A DNA stretch of 64,000 bases from Glaucostegus cemiculus (GCA_976551045.1 CDPCPM010000363.1:3224001-3288000), one strand, 5' to 3'. Numbered from the stretch's first letter, positions 13,499 through 26,900 are shown. Notes: generated from the letters alone by a model not told the origin. Program-made: numbers and translations.

Positions 13499-14563
13499 CC
13501 ACCCCCCAAAAATGCCCAGTGGAGGCGCGGGGCCATCAACCCAATTGCCCAGCTTGGGAGGCCTACCCCACCGGCATGGCGAAGGCACCCTAACCAGGTG
13601 TGCAATGTCCAGATGCGCTGGCTTCAGGTGGTCCACTGTGAAAGTCTACTCACGACCCCCAACCTTGATGACATATGTTGAACCACTGCGCTGGACCACT
13701 GGGAAAGGCCTCTGCAGGGGCAACCCATTAACCATTGAAAAGTCTGGGTGGCGTTCTTTAGGCTGAAAGGCATTTGGAGGAACTTGAACAGCCCAAAGGG
13801 GGTGATGAGGGCTGTTTTGGGCACGTCATCGGGGTGAACAGGGATCTGATGGTATCCCCGGACCAGCTCAATCCTAGAGAAAATGGGTGTCCCATGGAGG
13901 TTCACTGTGAAGTCCTGGATGTGGGGCACAGGGTACCTGTCGGCAGTCGTGGCATCATTGAGCCTCCTGTAGTCTCTGCAGGGTCTCCAGCCCCCCGCTG
14001 CTTTGGGCACCATGTGGAGCGGGGATGCCCATGGGCTGTCGGAACGGTGGATGATGCCCAACTACTCCATCCTGTGAAATTCCTCCTTGGCAAGGCAGAG
14101 CTTGTCAGGCGGGAGCCTGCGGGCATGGGCGTGTAGCGGAGGTCCCTGTGTGGTGATGTAGTGATGCACGCCGTGCTTGGGGACTGCAGCAGAGAATTGC
14201 GGAGTGATAATGGAAGGAAACTCTGCCGACACCTTAGCAAACTCGTTGTTGGAGAGTGCAACAGAGTCAAGGTGGGGGGCAGGTGACCGGGCCTTCCCAA
14301 GCTGGTAGCTTTAGAAAGTCTCAGCATGGACCAGACGCCGGCCCTTCAGATCAACCAGCAAGCAGTTGGCGCGCAGGTAATCCACACCTAGCAGTGGCTG
14401 CGATACCGCTGCTACAGTGACAGTCCAGGTAAACAAACCGGTACCAAAATGTAACAGGATGGTGCGCAGGCCGTAGATGCGGATGGTAGAGCCATTCGCA
14501 GTGGTGAGTTCAGGGCCTTTGACCATGTTGCGGGTAGCCATGATTCTAGATGCTGTCTGGATT

Positions 14564-14577
14564 CGTCGGGGTCACCA
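14564..14577 (-). promoter_or_regulatory. Primer-binding site complementary to the tRNA-Trp 3' end
   Basis: Minus strand TGGTGACCCCGACG, 2 nt inside the 5' LTR; complementary to vertebrate tRNA-Trp ...CGUCGGGGUCACCA. Confidence 0.85.
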
Positions 14578-14579
14578 AA

Positions 14580-14814
14580 TGTAGCAACCAGCAGGGTGCG
14601 ACTTAAAAGAACACAAGGACACGGAGACTCGATCAAGCACATTTTTAATAACTCACCAAAAGCAGCGCATATCCCGAACTACAAAAAACATGGCCGGGGG
14701 AAGTTACATCATACTCCCGCCGGAAGTCCCGACTTCCAGCGCTATCGCGGGAACTTGCGCGTTTCCCCGCGATGGCCGACAGCGTTTCAGATCCCGATAT
14801 CGTGAGTCGCTACA
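14580..14814 (-). repeat. 5' LTR of the Gypsy element
   Basis: TGTAGC..GCTACA termini; roughly 90% identical by eye to 13264-13498; adjacent to the PBS. Confidence 0.95.
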
Positions 14815-16209
14815 GCATGTATTTTTCTTGGTCCTGGTAACAATATCCCGTTTTAAACAGGAATTATTCAGAGTGAGCCAGCAATTTTGATCATGTTCAC
14901 TGAGAGATGCCATTACCAAGTACTGGCACGGGCCAGCAAGAGCACATTGTTCAATCACTATCTATCGTGAATCGCGATAAATGAAACATTATTCTCTGAC
15001 AACAAACATACATGTTCTTGGAGTGTTGTTGTTGATAGTGATGGTTATGGTGATCTTGTTGATCATGATGGCGATGGATGATGAGGAGGAAAAGATCGTG
15101 CACCCTACCCTAAGATGAGAAAGTGCAGGTTAACCATTCAGTGTAGGTTCACCTTTCTACTCGACAGAATCAATATCTCAGATGCTTAGTTCAGTACACA
15201 AATGGAGCGAATAGGATCTCTTAACAGGAAACTCCCTCTCCTCGGCATTCGTCACGATCTGCTGCAACCCGTGAAGACAAATTCAATGTTATTTTCACCA
15301 AAACCTCCCCACTGTTGCTTAATGGGACTGCTGACCTTTACAGGAACGTACTGATCACAATCCAGAATTACCTACATCAAAATATAAAAATTCTGAGTCA
15401 ATTCTATTTTGTACCAAAGTATATTGTGCAGTGTAAAGTGGTCATCGCGATGAAATGCATGAGCCTGTTCCAACAGTTATCGCCCAGTGGCTAGAACCCA
15501 GTGGAAACCTCGCGAGGGTTACGTGCAGTGGAGCAGGCTGCTAAGAACTGCCATAATTAATATATTTTTTCTCAGTTCTATTGGCATGCGAGTGAGCAGA
15601 TAGGTTAACGCTGTCTGTTTATGGTGCCGGACCTGCTAAGTGTTTGCTGTGTTCTGCTGATACTTGATTCAGATCAGGCTGACTTCATATATTGCGCTGA
15701 GAAATTGTACGTTCATTATCACATTCTTATCTCGTCTTTACTATTCTGTACTTCAGTGTAACAGACTAATGTATCATGTTGTATTGCAACACTGTATTTT
15801 GTCAGAACCTGCGTGATTAGATGATGGCTTGGTGAATAGTTGTCATTTGCCAACCGTTGCTACTTCAATTTTTATGTCGATACTTTTTTCAAGGTTGTAA
15901 GCCTTTAGTTTTGATCTCTTTAATGTTTGATTTTTCTTCATAGCTTCAGATAAACAAGTATTTCTCCTTTTCTTTGCCTGAAGGGGCTGAAGGGGCTTGT
16001 TCAGCAGGGTCACGAGAGAAAATATGCTTTTCAAACTGACCTATATGTCAAATGTCTTTGGAAAATGCTTTACATAAACAGAACAGAATACTTTGTACAG
16101 AAAGTTCAAAGCCAACGCAGCATTCATAAATACTCTCGGCACGGTGATTGCATTGTAATTGTGAATGTTTGTAAAAAAAAAATACCAGTCTGTCGATATG
16201 TCGAGGGGT

Positions 16210-16830
16210 GTAATAGTTGTACATCGCAGAAACGGGCACTTAGGCCCAGTTCGTACACGCTGGCCTTGATGTCTCTCTGGGCAAATACTATTTGTCTGCA
16301 TTGGGCCCGTATCACTCTACTCCAATCCAATTAGATGTCCAAATGTATTTTAAATATGTTTAATTTTATCCGCTTCTATTACTTTCATACAAACAGGAAC
16401 TTTTGTGTGAAAAAAACAATAACGCAATCCCTCAACTCTCCTTTAAATTTCTCCTCTCGCACATTGAAGTTATTATTTCTGGGTCTCGACTTCCCACCCT
16501 GGTCGGTGTGTGGTTAAGTGGGGATAGGCCCTATATGTACCCGATCCATGCCCCTCATGATTTTAGAAATTTCTATACGTTCACTTAGCCTTTTCTATTC
16601 CAAAGAGAATAAACCCAACATTTCTAACCTCTTTACAACTACAGTACTCCATTCCGTGACTGCATGCTGGTAACACTCTTCTCGCCATTTCTAATGTCAT
16701 AACATTCTTGATTTTGTGTGGCGATCAGAACGAGCCATCATATTTCAAGAACGGTCTTACCAATGTTATTTTTCCGGCTGCACGAGGTAATCACAATTCT
16801 TTCATTCAATGCCTCAATCTATGAAAAGAA
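16210..16830 (-). mobile_element. CR1 3' fragment
   Basis: Reverse-complement CR1 3' region ('ccgatccatgcccctcatgatttt', 'ttctattccaaagagaataaaccc'). Confidence 0.7.
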
Positions 16831-16849
16831 GCATGTTGAATGTTTTATT

Positions 16850-17625
16850 TACTAGAGGCACAGTTTCTGGAATCTGGAACAACAAATAAACTGCAGGATG
16901 AACAACGTCTCCGGTGGAAAGGAATTATCGACGTTTGGGGTTGGAACCTTGCACCAATACTGAGCGTCAAGAAGGCAGATTGCCAACATAAAGAGGAGAG
17001 GAGAAATGATAAGACTGGAGCCCCAGGTGATTAGTAGACTCAGGAGGTCTGAAGGACGGCGGACAGGTAGAGCCAGGTAAGGTAGCGGAGAGGTGGATTT
17101 GGGAGTCAGAGGCAGGAGAAGGATGGATAAAGGCAGAGAAAATCTTGAGAAGTGGATAAAGTGACTTGCAGAAAGCTGAGAGTGAAGGTGAAGACAACTG
17201 CTGGAGACAGATAACAAAACACGAAGACCACCAGTGCTATCATCTGATAAGTATTGGGGCTGACAGTGTGACCCATTAGCGGAGAGGTGCAGGGAAGATG
17301 GAAATAGAACTAAATAGTGGACGGGGAGCCTGTGATTGAGTTGTGCCCGCAGGGCATAGATTGGACGAAAATAAGTAATAGCGGGGGGTGGGTGGTGGTG
17401 GGGAGAGGGGAGGGAGTGAGCTGGACAGACCGTGGTTAGGAAAGGGGACAGAACTGTTAGAATTGGAGAAGGATCGGAAGGAGAGATTGATAGGGGAAGA
17501 GAGCGGGACAGCATCGGAGTGGAGGATGACCGAAATTGGAAAAAAATGCTTATGACATTGGGTTTTACACTACCTAGGCGCAAAATGAGATGTTGCCTTT
17601 TAATTCGTGTTTGGCCTCAAACTGG
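16850..17625 (-). mobile_element. Penelope-like element, inverted 3' (pLTR) copy
   Basis: Minus strand starts with RLGSVKPNVISIFFQF, equivalent to the GIY-YIG C-terminus RLGCLQPSGMK of the adjacent plus copy, then a pyrimidine-rich tract and the shared tail. Confidence 0.7.
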
Positions 17626-17629
17626 CAGA

Positions 17630-18990
17630 GGTGAAGTATGCACCTGCAGTCAAGATGGGACTTTTCATTCCAGGACTTCTGGAATGTGCTCCTTTTTCAG
17701 GAAAATTGGCTTCTGTGTTTGACGGAGCTCTCTCTCGCAGCTCCTCTTTTTATCTGATATCTGGACTCACCCCAACTCGCTCCAGACAGAAGACAGTTCG
17801 GTTTTCCCCAGTCTTCACATTTCACTCTCCGAGGTACCGCCTCCAACACACGATTTTCCTTATTTGCACCAGGGCATCGATGTACTACTAGCGGACACAT
17901 GATCCGCTCCCCAACGTTTTCATGCATCCATAGTAACCACGTCCTCCGTGAATCTCTTGTCGTCTAGTCTCTTATTGCCCATATTTCCCTGACCCTAGCG
18001 CTTCCCTCTGCAACACTGGAAAGTGCAATAATTGATCTTATTCGCATTCCCTCACGAGCGTCCGGGAGCCTAAACAGATCCTCCAGGTGAGGCAAATATT
18101 CAGTAGCGCTAATACAACCTCGACTCCTGCATTTGGTGCTTCCGATGTGGCCTCCTCCACATAGGCGATAGCAAGTGCAGACTACGCCACCGTTTTACAA
18201 AGCACTTGCTTTGCCTGCAATGCACATCCCGAGCTCTACAGTTACATGCCATTTCAATACCTCTTCCCATTCCCACACTGTACTGTACATCCTCGACCGT
18301 ATCCACTGCCAGAGTGAGGCCCAAAAAAACTGCGGAAACAAGGCTTCGTATTCCGCTTGGGTTGTCTGCAACCCAGTGGCATGAAATTGAGTATTCCAAT
18401 TTCAGGTAACCCTCTCCTCTCTTGTTATACCCTTCCTCCTCGTTCTTTCGCCTTCCAATCCTCCTCCAGTCGCCCCATTTCTGTCCCCTTCCACACCACC
18501 GTCCAGACCCCATCACGAAACGTGTTCCAATCCCTGTTCTCTACACACCGTTCACCCAGAGGCTTCCACCTCCCCCATTTGGTACTGGTTCCATCTGTCG
18601 TTCACCTCTTCCCCCATTAGCACCTCCCTTACTTTTCCAATTCCAGGACCGATAAGCTTTGTGTTCGTGCTTGGTACCCTGTAGCAGATGCCCTCAACTT
18701 CACTGTCCCCTCCATAGCTCATTTCATCCGCCTATTTTTGTATATTCCCTGCCTCCAGCCAGCATCCTGCTGCCTCTGCTTCGCATCTCTACCCGTTTCC
18801 TTCAAGACCTGTATGGACATATCCGTGATCCTTCAGCACTCCTCAGTTAACCTATCATCTCGAGTTCCTTCACCCACACCACCCGTCTCCTCTTTATTTT
18901 GGCTATACCCGCTCTCCACTGTCAGTCCTGATGCAAGGTTCCAACCTGACACATTGGCAACATTCCCCACCCCGACTATTACCCGCTAAT
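17630..18990 (+). mobile_element. Penelope-like retroelement 3' portion (GIY-YIG endonuclease remnant and pLTR)
   Basis: Plus-strand translation from ~18125 gives CIWCFRCGLLHIGDSKCRLRHRFTKHL, then HFNTSSHSH and RLGCLQPSGM, typical of the PLE GIY-YIG domain; frameshifted. Confidence 0.85.
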
Positions 18991-20319
18991 CCCAATCATT
19001 AAGCCAATTTTCCTTCCAATTTGCCAACCCAATTTAGACTCCACCTGCCTTAACTTTCTGGACCAGTCTACCGCGCGGGTCTTTGTTAAAATTCTTGCAA
19101 ATGCGATCATGTAAACCACGTCTGTCAACTTGCTTTAATTGATTCTCTCAGTTGACTCTAAAAACTCAAGCAGATGTGTGAGTCTATGGTTTCCTATGCA
19201 CGCTGTCATGACCATTGCTCTTCATCTATCCAGGTTTTCCAAATTAACATAAATCCTATCGCTTACAACTGTTTCTCTGACTCTTTATGTTCATTTAAAA
19301 ATGAACATGAATACTGTATTTCACAACTATTTCTCCAGGACCTAATAGGATCTTGTATTCATGCAAGTCTCCGCAGCCTGTAATTTTTTGACTCATCGCT
19401 ACTATTTCTAATAGGACAACAACATTAGTTTACACGGGATAAGATTAATAATTTCCTGTGTGATTTTTTTTATTGAAGGTCGCACTGTCAGTAAATGTGC
19501 TTATATTTTTTCTGTTTACTGACGATGAGAAGAAATATAATTATATTTGGAGAACATCAGAGCATTGGACGCAATATATATATAAAAAAACTTGTGTATA
19601 CTGATGGATAGAAATAGCAGTTTTATTGTGCCCAGTGGAAATAATTGGGCAATTCGCGGAGTCCAGCTGTGATTGTGAAATTTCCTGCGTTTATCACAGC
19701 TGGTTAAATATGTTTATCAGTGCATATTATCCCTAATCATGCGTTTTCGCTGTCTAGACTCAACTCGAATACATAAAATCCACATAACCACCTTCCACGT
19801 GGACACATTAACCGATAACATTCATTAGTAGTGGTATTGCAGGGTTTATTGTGAAGCACCCGGCATAATTGTGCCTCCTGTCACTTTTTGAAGCTTTTAT
19901 GTTAAATCGATCTTTGCAAGCTTTTGAATTAACGCTGACCACAATAATTTGCAGTTATAATCACCTCAATATCTCATGCATAGGAACATCAAATCATAAT
20001 ATGACAACATATTTTCCTCCGAGCCAGATTAGAAGTCAACATCCTTACCTATAATTGATAGAATTGCAGGTAATGTTGTTGATTTCTGATCTGCATCTCA
20101 GCAACTTTTGATCAGCATGCAACAAAATTGCGTACAATTACAGGTTTACAGCTAATAGAGAAAACTGAAGTGTTGTCATTCTTCGAACTTTAGGGAAGAA
20201 ATTATGAGATATAATATGAAGATGGTTAGCCAAATCATCTGCCGCACATTTAATTGTACGTTGTACAGAAAATAAGGGTCACAAGAAATGAGTAAATGAG
20301 TTTTCTCTAAAAGATAGTG

Positions 20320-20500
20320 AGTGCTCCGGGTGCTCCGGTTTCCTCCCACATTCCAAAGACATACAGGTTAGGAAGTTGTGGGCATGCTATGTTGGTGCTG
20401 GAAGCATGGCAACACTTCGGGGCTTCCTCCAGAACACTCTACGCAAAAGATGCAGTTCACTGTGTGTTTCGATGTACATATGACTAATAAATATATCTTT
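20320..20500 (+). mobile_element. 5'-truncated SINE (HE1/V-SINE-like core with LINE-derived tail)
   Basis: 'gggtgctccggtttcctcccacattccaaagac' core; ends 'cactgtgtgtttcgatgtacatatgactaataaa'. Confidence 0.75.
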
Positions 20501-21087
20501 ACTTCTTTAGCTTCTACTTGTTGTCTGTATGCTCATGTCATGGCTGTAGTCTATTACTTTTCCCTCCCTCTGCTGTATCGTTATCCAATATTAATTCTCC
20601 ACGGACAAATAACGTTTTAATTGAACAATGGGGATGCTTTTCCATTCCGGACAGGCAATTGTGGGTGTAGTAATGCTTGCAAAGTTTGATAAAGGACGGT
20701 CAAGTAAATATCTTTGATGGCTTTGGACAATGAGCATGACTGTTTACTGCATGTCCAGATTCGGTTTACTATACACTGAAACTAATAATCCATCACCCAT
20801 TTGGAGTACAGAATTAAAGCAAAGCGCATATCAAACCTCTGTGCCTGTACACAGAGAGTGTCTTAACTGCGATGTGTTTTCTGCATTTTCAAATAGCAGT
20901 TATCTTCCTCTGCTTTTTCATGATGAGTACAGTAAGAGAAAAAAAAATCTGTTGGCAGGGAACAGATGAGCATTACGCTCAGGTGGTTGAACACTCATTG
21001 ATCTTCAGCGGCGTCGAACTAACCAAGTCAACATTCAGAAACAAAGTGCATAGGAAGAATAAAATTTCGATTGGTTTCACCTGGTAC

Positions 21088-21902
21088 TGTTACGAAGTAC
21101 TTACTACCGACAAACGTCCTTTTAAGATGGACATTTTGTGTGTGTGTGTGCCTATAACAACGTATTACGTCAACAGAAGATAAGACTAACGTGATGAGGT
21201 AATTACAAGAGAAAGAAAGAGAGACAAACAGACAGAGAGAGAGAGGAAGGAGAGACGGCAGCCTGTTTTGTTTCTGTCGATGGATGAAGGACAGTAACTG
21301 TGTTTGTCACTAAAATCCACGGATGGATTTCTGGAGTAGTCCAGTGGAGTCCACTTTGTCGGTAACCTGTAGAAGGACACAGGTGTTTGCGTGGACAACC
21401 ACATTTTGGATGCTCTTCAGAGTGGCAGATATTGTGGAACAAAGTGATGGAATTCACCTTGCTACTAACCTGTAGAAGAACACAGGTATTTGCATGGAAA
21501 ATCATGATCCAGGAGTTTTCTGGGTGAGAAAGTCACTACCGAGTTCGCCCTGAAGTGTCGTTGGAACATTCGGATTTCGTGATTCCTCTCTAATCTCTCT
21601 CTATATCTATGTTGTGTCTTCGGTGGACAGTGCATGTGAAAAAGCCTTTATTCGTATTTCATCTTAGGCCTTACTGAACTGAACTTTAAGAACTAATTCC
21701 TTGACTTGGAGTTTAGGAATTCGACACACACACACGAAGAGTAGTTTTTGGCGTTATAGTTTAAGATTCTAATATTTTGTTTTGTACCAATATACTAACT
21801 TTTTGTTCTTATTTTACATATTATCTGAAGTAGTTAGTAATAAAGTAGTTTTAACACTGAAGTATGACTTTGTGTGCTTCTTTTGTTGCTGGTTTCGTAA
21901 CA
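21088..21902 (+). mobile_element. Solo LTR (family B, 815 bp) with 4-bp TSD
   Basis: Terminal inverted repeat TGTTACGAA..TTCGTAACA; perfect TSD GTAC (21084-21087, 21903-21906); AATAAA near the 3' end; internal duplicated 'aacctgtagaag.acacaggt'. Confidence 0.92.
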
Positions 21903-23539
21903 GTACACTACTATAAGGCAGAACGTCGCAGTTATCGTGTAGTGCACAGACAGTTTTGGTGGTGTATCTTGAAAATTAGAAACCTTTGGGAAAGTGTGAA
22001 CCATCGTGGTAATTGTAAAGTGAGGGAAAACACTTGCTGCTCTGAATAAAAGTTAAGTAATAGAAAAATAATACTGTGGAAGGCGCTTCGTTGGCAACGA
22101 TATGATGGAGAAACAATAGGAAGGAAATGGATTGCTTCAAAGAAATAAAATGCAACAAAGACCTTTGAAAATATGTGTTCAAATGAAGTGTGGAAAACAA
22201 CTATACCCCGGATTCTGAATTCATGGAAAGAAACAGAAGGTGGATCTGATTCACGTGAAAGGCATACAGATGCAAAATCTATCATGAAACGCTGAACTTC
22301 TGAATGAGAGAAAGAAGCACATCAACAGAAACAAATTTCACCAGATAACCTGCAAGAGATTTGATTTAATGATGAGGGTGATGAATAATATATTTTCCAG
22401 CCAAATTTCCAGAACAGAATTCGAATTGTATGAGTTCCCAAAGTAATTGTCGGAGGAATAGGAATCGTCAAAGAAGGTGTTGGTCAATGTGAAAGCAAGA
22501 TTGAACATATGGGGAAGGGTGGTTCTAAATTATGCCCGTTGGTCTCCCAATCGAGCAGAAAGGGTATGCGTGAATATGTTCCTGGTGCGATCTGCAATTT
22601 GGAGGGATCACAAATACTCTCTTAGACGAGACTGGACGTCTGGTAAAGTAAAAATTGAGCTGTACGCATCGGTATCTCCAGAGCTTGATGATGCATTGGG
22701 ATTGACCGGCCACTGTTTGAGGAAGATCGTTATGCTCAAGGAACTGGGCATTAATTAAATAGCAAACAGTTTATGCAGATATTCATCCGAGGGGAAGCAG
22801 TCTTCAGATAAGAGGAAGGGCATGTTGTGGAGAGGAGCTGTTTTGCATTGCTCATAAATATTTAGTGTGAGGTTAGGAGGCATTCAGGAAAAGAATTTTA
22901 CGGGGACACGATTAGGTCCAATTGTGTCTGTTGTTTGATAGACCAGCTGAAAGGATGGGTAATCAACAGTGCTGAGTGTTTCTTCTTTATAAGTTTAAGT
23001 GTCATAACAGTAGCCATTGTTAGCAATGTTAATGAAGTAATGATTAGTCCTGAAAGAATAAAGTACTCCAAGATGACAGGAAAATAATCGTCCCTCTCCC
23101 AATTTATCACAGTCAGTAATTTTTCACGGCATTGTATTTTGTCGCTAGGCATTTTCGGGAAGTGCTAATTTTTTTACGATTTCACATGTCTGAAGAGATA
23201 TCAATGGCACAGACTTTAGTTCCCTTACTTGCTCCACAAAGGTTGACAAACTTTACGTTTTGAAAAATTCCATTTTGCTTTCTTTTCCATGCTTCACGTT
23301 TCCGTGGTCCTCCACTGACTCCTTTATTTTTATTTTACTGGAAGGACAAGGATCGTCGCGTATCAACGGATACTTCTCCCAGACGTCGTATTGATTATTG
23401 TGTAATTTTTGTTTACGGGTGTCAGAAAATAAAATGAACAGGGATACTATTTTCCAATTTAAAATGCAGAAATTGGCTCAGAGAAGCTATGATAACCTTA
23501 AATTGTTTTCCGGGCATACGCCGGAATCCTCAGGAGAAG

Positions 23540-24960
23540 AGATAAGGCAACAATGTTATCGATCTGTTATGTGTTGTACGTTCGGTTCCTACTAGTTACA
23601 CGTGACTGTGGAGCAGACATGTGGACAAATCATATAAATATATAAGATAAATACCGTTAAATGCATAGGATTTTAATTTGCCAACATTAAATTCAATCAC
23701 TATTTTGAAAGGCATCTTGGGTGCTGGATTTCTGAAGTGCGTCCAGAAGAGCGTTTTGAGCTACACTTATGAAATGCAGCCGGAATCTTGGTTGAAGTCG
23801 CGAAGCAAGAATATTTTTCAAGTAAGTGGCCACAACTATGTAATATTCATGCATTTATAAAAAAAACGACAGGAATTGTCTTAAACTGGGGGGAAAGCAA
23901 CTATACCGTCAGGTAGGACCTGAAAAAGTAATGTGAACAACTCCTGAACGAATAAAAATTGGAAAAAAAAAATGAGGGATCGGGTCATTGCATTCTCATA
24001 GGGGTCAAATGTTCGGACAGCAAACTTAATGGGCAGCAAATATCAATAGATATTGGTGGCTGGATCAAACATAAAACATGTAGAGCCATAAAATCGGTGA
24101 GACACTCCAGAATGCAGAAGGTCTAGGGTAGTACTTAATAAGTAGGAGGCGAAAGAAAGTGTGTGGTATTACTGGCACGTATGATAAAGGATAATGCTCA
24201 AAGAGTTTCTGTTAATTGGTGCTAATGGGGTAAGCAAGTAATTAGTAGAGCGGGGGATCAGGGAGTGCAATTGAAATTTCAAATGAATTTTCCTCACCTG
24301 CACTCAATATAGGGAAGGAGATTGTAATTGGAGATTTCAGCGCTGGGAACAATGGAATTCCAGAATATATTATCATTAAAAAGATGGATGAATAAGAAGT
24401 GTAGGTGGCTCAAAGGTGCACCAATCAACAGGACCTAATAAGATTTACCACAGGCTGTTATTGGAGGAACAAAAGTGATTTTGGTGTTCTGGCAGATATA
24501 TTGAAATTTTTGCTGGCCGCAGGCGAGCTGCCAATTCGCATTTCAGTTATGATTAAATGTTAGATTGAGGCATTTGTTTCCCATAGAGCGCAAGAGTCTG
24601 TGAAAGACCGAAGTGGAGGCTTCCAAAATTGTAACATAAATGCATAGTGTAGCCATTGGGAAACGTTTCCCCAGAGCAGAGTGGTCTAAAATGACCATGT
24701 GCAGAGTTTAGCGTGGCGCATATGAGTATTATAGGGAATCGAATGAAGACAGATGTCACCCAGAGGATAGATCGTTGCCTGATTGGATTGTGGATTCAAG
24801 TACCCTCACAAAATTTAAGAAGCATCTGGACGAAAAGTTGAATCGCCGAGGCATAGAGGAGTATGGATCAAGCGTTGGTAGCTGACATTTGTACAGATTG
24901 TTACTTAATGATCTCTGTGAACATTTGGCCGAAAGATATGTCTCTGTGCTGCAATCAGAT
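23540..24960 (+). mobile_element. Highly degenerate CR1 fragments
   Basis: CR1-like ORF2 remnants (e.g. GFLKCVQKSVL; 'ggacctaataagatttaccacagg') and a 3' tail at ~24790-24960. Confidence 0.5.
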
Positions 24961-25139
24961 ATGACGTTCTTCGCGCCCTCATCTCATCTACTTTATCGAT
25001 TGAATTCCGTGCCCTTAGGTAGACGCCATGAAAAATCCTGAATCCTTCATTTTATTGCAATTACCAACCCCCGCCTTCCTTACATTTCTTGTAATATTTT
25101 GCCCTCCAGTTCAATCCTAATGTACTATCTACTGGAAAA

Positions 25140-26900
25140 CGCCCCTTTGAAGGATTTAATCTGGCATGGCAGAGTGGGAACTAAAGCGGTTGCCAGTAAG
25201 TGGAGTGAATGAGGGGCAGGTAGAGGTTTTGTCAAGTAGGTCTGCAAGGACTGACAAGCAAGGAAAGGTTAATGAACACATTCAGACTGATGAGCTTAAA
25301 TTTATATTTTTCAGGACAAGAAGGATTGCAGGTAGGTAGACGAATTTAGAGTCTGGACTAGTAGGTGGAGCTACGTGTTGTGGCTATTTCTGAGACATGC
25401 TTCAGAGAATTGTAGGTCTAGTCGAGGTAATTCATGCCTATAGACGGGAAATGACGGACGTACTAAATAAATAATTTGCAATGAAGTTCATTATGCAGAA
25501 TGGCATGGAGGACAGTGGGATCAGGGAAGGATACGTTGCTATTCCACGGCATGCTGCGGTCAGGAGGGAGGATCGTAGCATTGGCCTCCCGCAGCCTGAG
25601 GCGATGACACCCACGTTATAGAAGCAGGGAAAAGAGGAGAATGTTGGAACCTTGATGGAACTGTGTTTATTCCATTTAAGCACAGAGGATGTCCCAGAGG
25701 ACTGGAGAACAGCCAGAAATGATCCCTTGCTTAAGAAATTCAACAGGGACATATCAGACCAGTTAGCTTTCCGTAATTGCCTGAGAAATTATTGAAGAGC
25801 ATTCTTTGGGATAGGTTTCACTCAGATTTGGCATAGAATTAATTTGTTTGTGGGAGCACCTGAAGCAGCTGTAGGAACTCAGCAGATCAGGCAACATCTA
25901 TGTATGGAAATGAACAATCGACGATTTGGGTCAAGACTCAGTATGAGGACAGGAACGGAAGATAGATGAAGAGTCTCGACCCGAAACTTCGAGTGTTTAT
26001 ATGCCTCCATAGATGCTGCCTGACATGCTGAGTTTGTGTGCTACTCCAGATTCCCAGCATCTTCAGTCTCTTGTGTTTACATGGACTCATTGGGAATCGT
26101 CAGCATGACTTTCTGCAGGGAAGATGTCTTACGAAATGAATTCAGTATTTTGAGGTGACGAAAGTGATAAGTGGGAATAGCACAATGGATGCTGTCTACA
26201 AAGACATACGTGAAATATTCAGAAATATCCCTTATAATTGGCTGATCCAGTATATTAATGTACATTGGATTCACGATGACTTGGTCGACGGGACTGAAAA
26301 TGAGTTCGACCACAGAAGACAAAGAGTAGTGGTGGAGAGCTGCTATTCTAACTGGAGGTCTGTAACAAGTGGTGTTCCGCAGGAATCAGTGCTGGGACCT
26401 CTTGTTTGTTTAACAAAGATGTCACTGGTCGACTGGTAAGTATGCAGACGTCCCGAAATTGACAGTTTGATGGATAGTGACAAAGGTTGTCAAAGGATAC
26501 AGTAGGATATAGCTCAGTGGGAATTGTGTGTGTGTGTGTGGGACGTCCGTCGCAAATGGAGTTTAACCCGGGCACAAATGAAGTTTTCAACTTTCATCAA
26601 ATGTAGAAGAAAGCATTCAGTAATTGGCAGGCCCCTTAGGAGCACTGGTGTACAGAGAGACCTTGGCGAGCATATCCACTTCTCCCTGGAAGTGGCAACA
26701 TAATTGTTAGTATGGTAAAGAAGGGGTGTGGCATGCTTAACCTCATATTTCAGGGCACTGTGCAAAAATGTTAGGGAGTCATGTTGTTGCTGAATAAAAC
26801 ATTGGTGAGGGCACATTTCGAGTATTGTGTACATTCCCGCGTGCCACATTACAGAAAGAACGTGAAGGCATTGGACAAGGTGCAGAAAAGGTTTAACGAC
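25140..26900 (+). mobile_element. CR1-clade LINE fragments (endonuclease to RT)
   Basis: EDVPEDWRTA, RRQRVVVE, VTSGVPQESVLGPL and LVRAHFEYCV..ALDKVQKRF motifs. Confidence 0.85.
25862..26075. repeat. Foldback pair of Penelope-derived tails (imperfect ~85-bp inverted arms)
   Basis: 'aactcagcagatcaggcaacatctatg...gggtcaagactc' is mirrored by 'gagtctcgaccc...catagatgctgcctgacatgctgagtt'. Confidence 0.8.

Larger units (their letters stand above)
13264..14814 (-). mobile_element. Ty3/Gypsy LTR retrotransposon, internally deleted (protease C-term, RT N-term and integrase tail remnants)
   Basis: Two 235-bp TG..CA LTRs (14580-14814, 13264-13498); RT motifs SPWASPLHMVPK, DYRRLN, DRYPVPHI, GYHQIPVH, KTALITPFG; protease-like LLGVDYL; integrase-tail VDHLKPAHL; TSD GTAT/GCAT with one mismatch. 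Confidence 0.95.

Noticed and set aside
16852-17583. 243-aa Ser/Pro/Leu-rich ORF
   Set aside because: Pyrimidine-rich Penelope tail read through by chance; only the first ~16 residues are GIY-YIG remnant.
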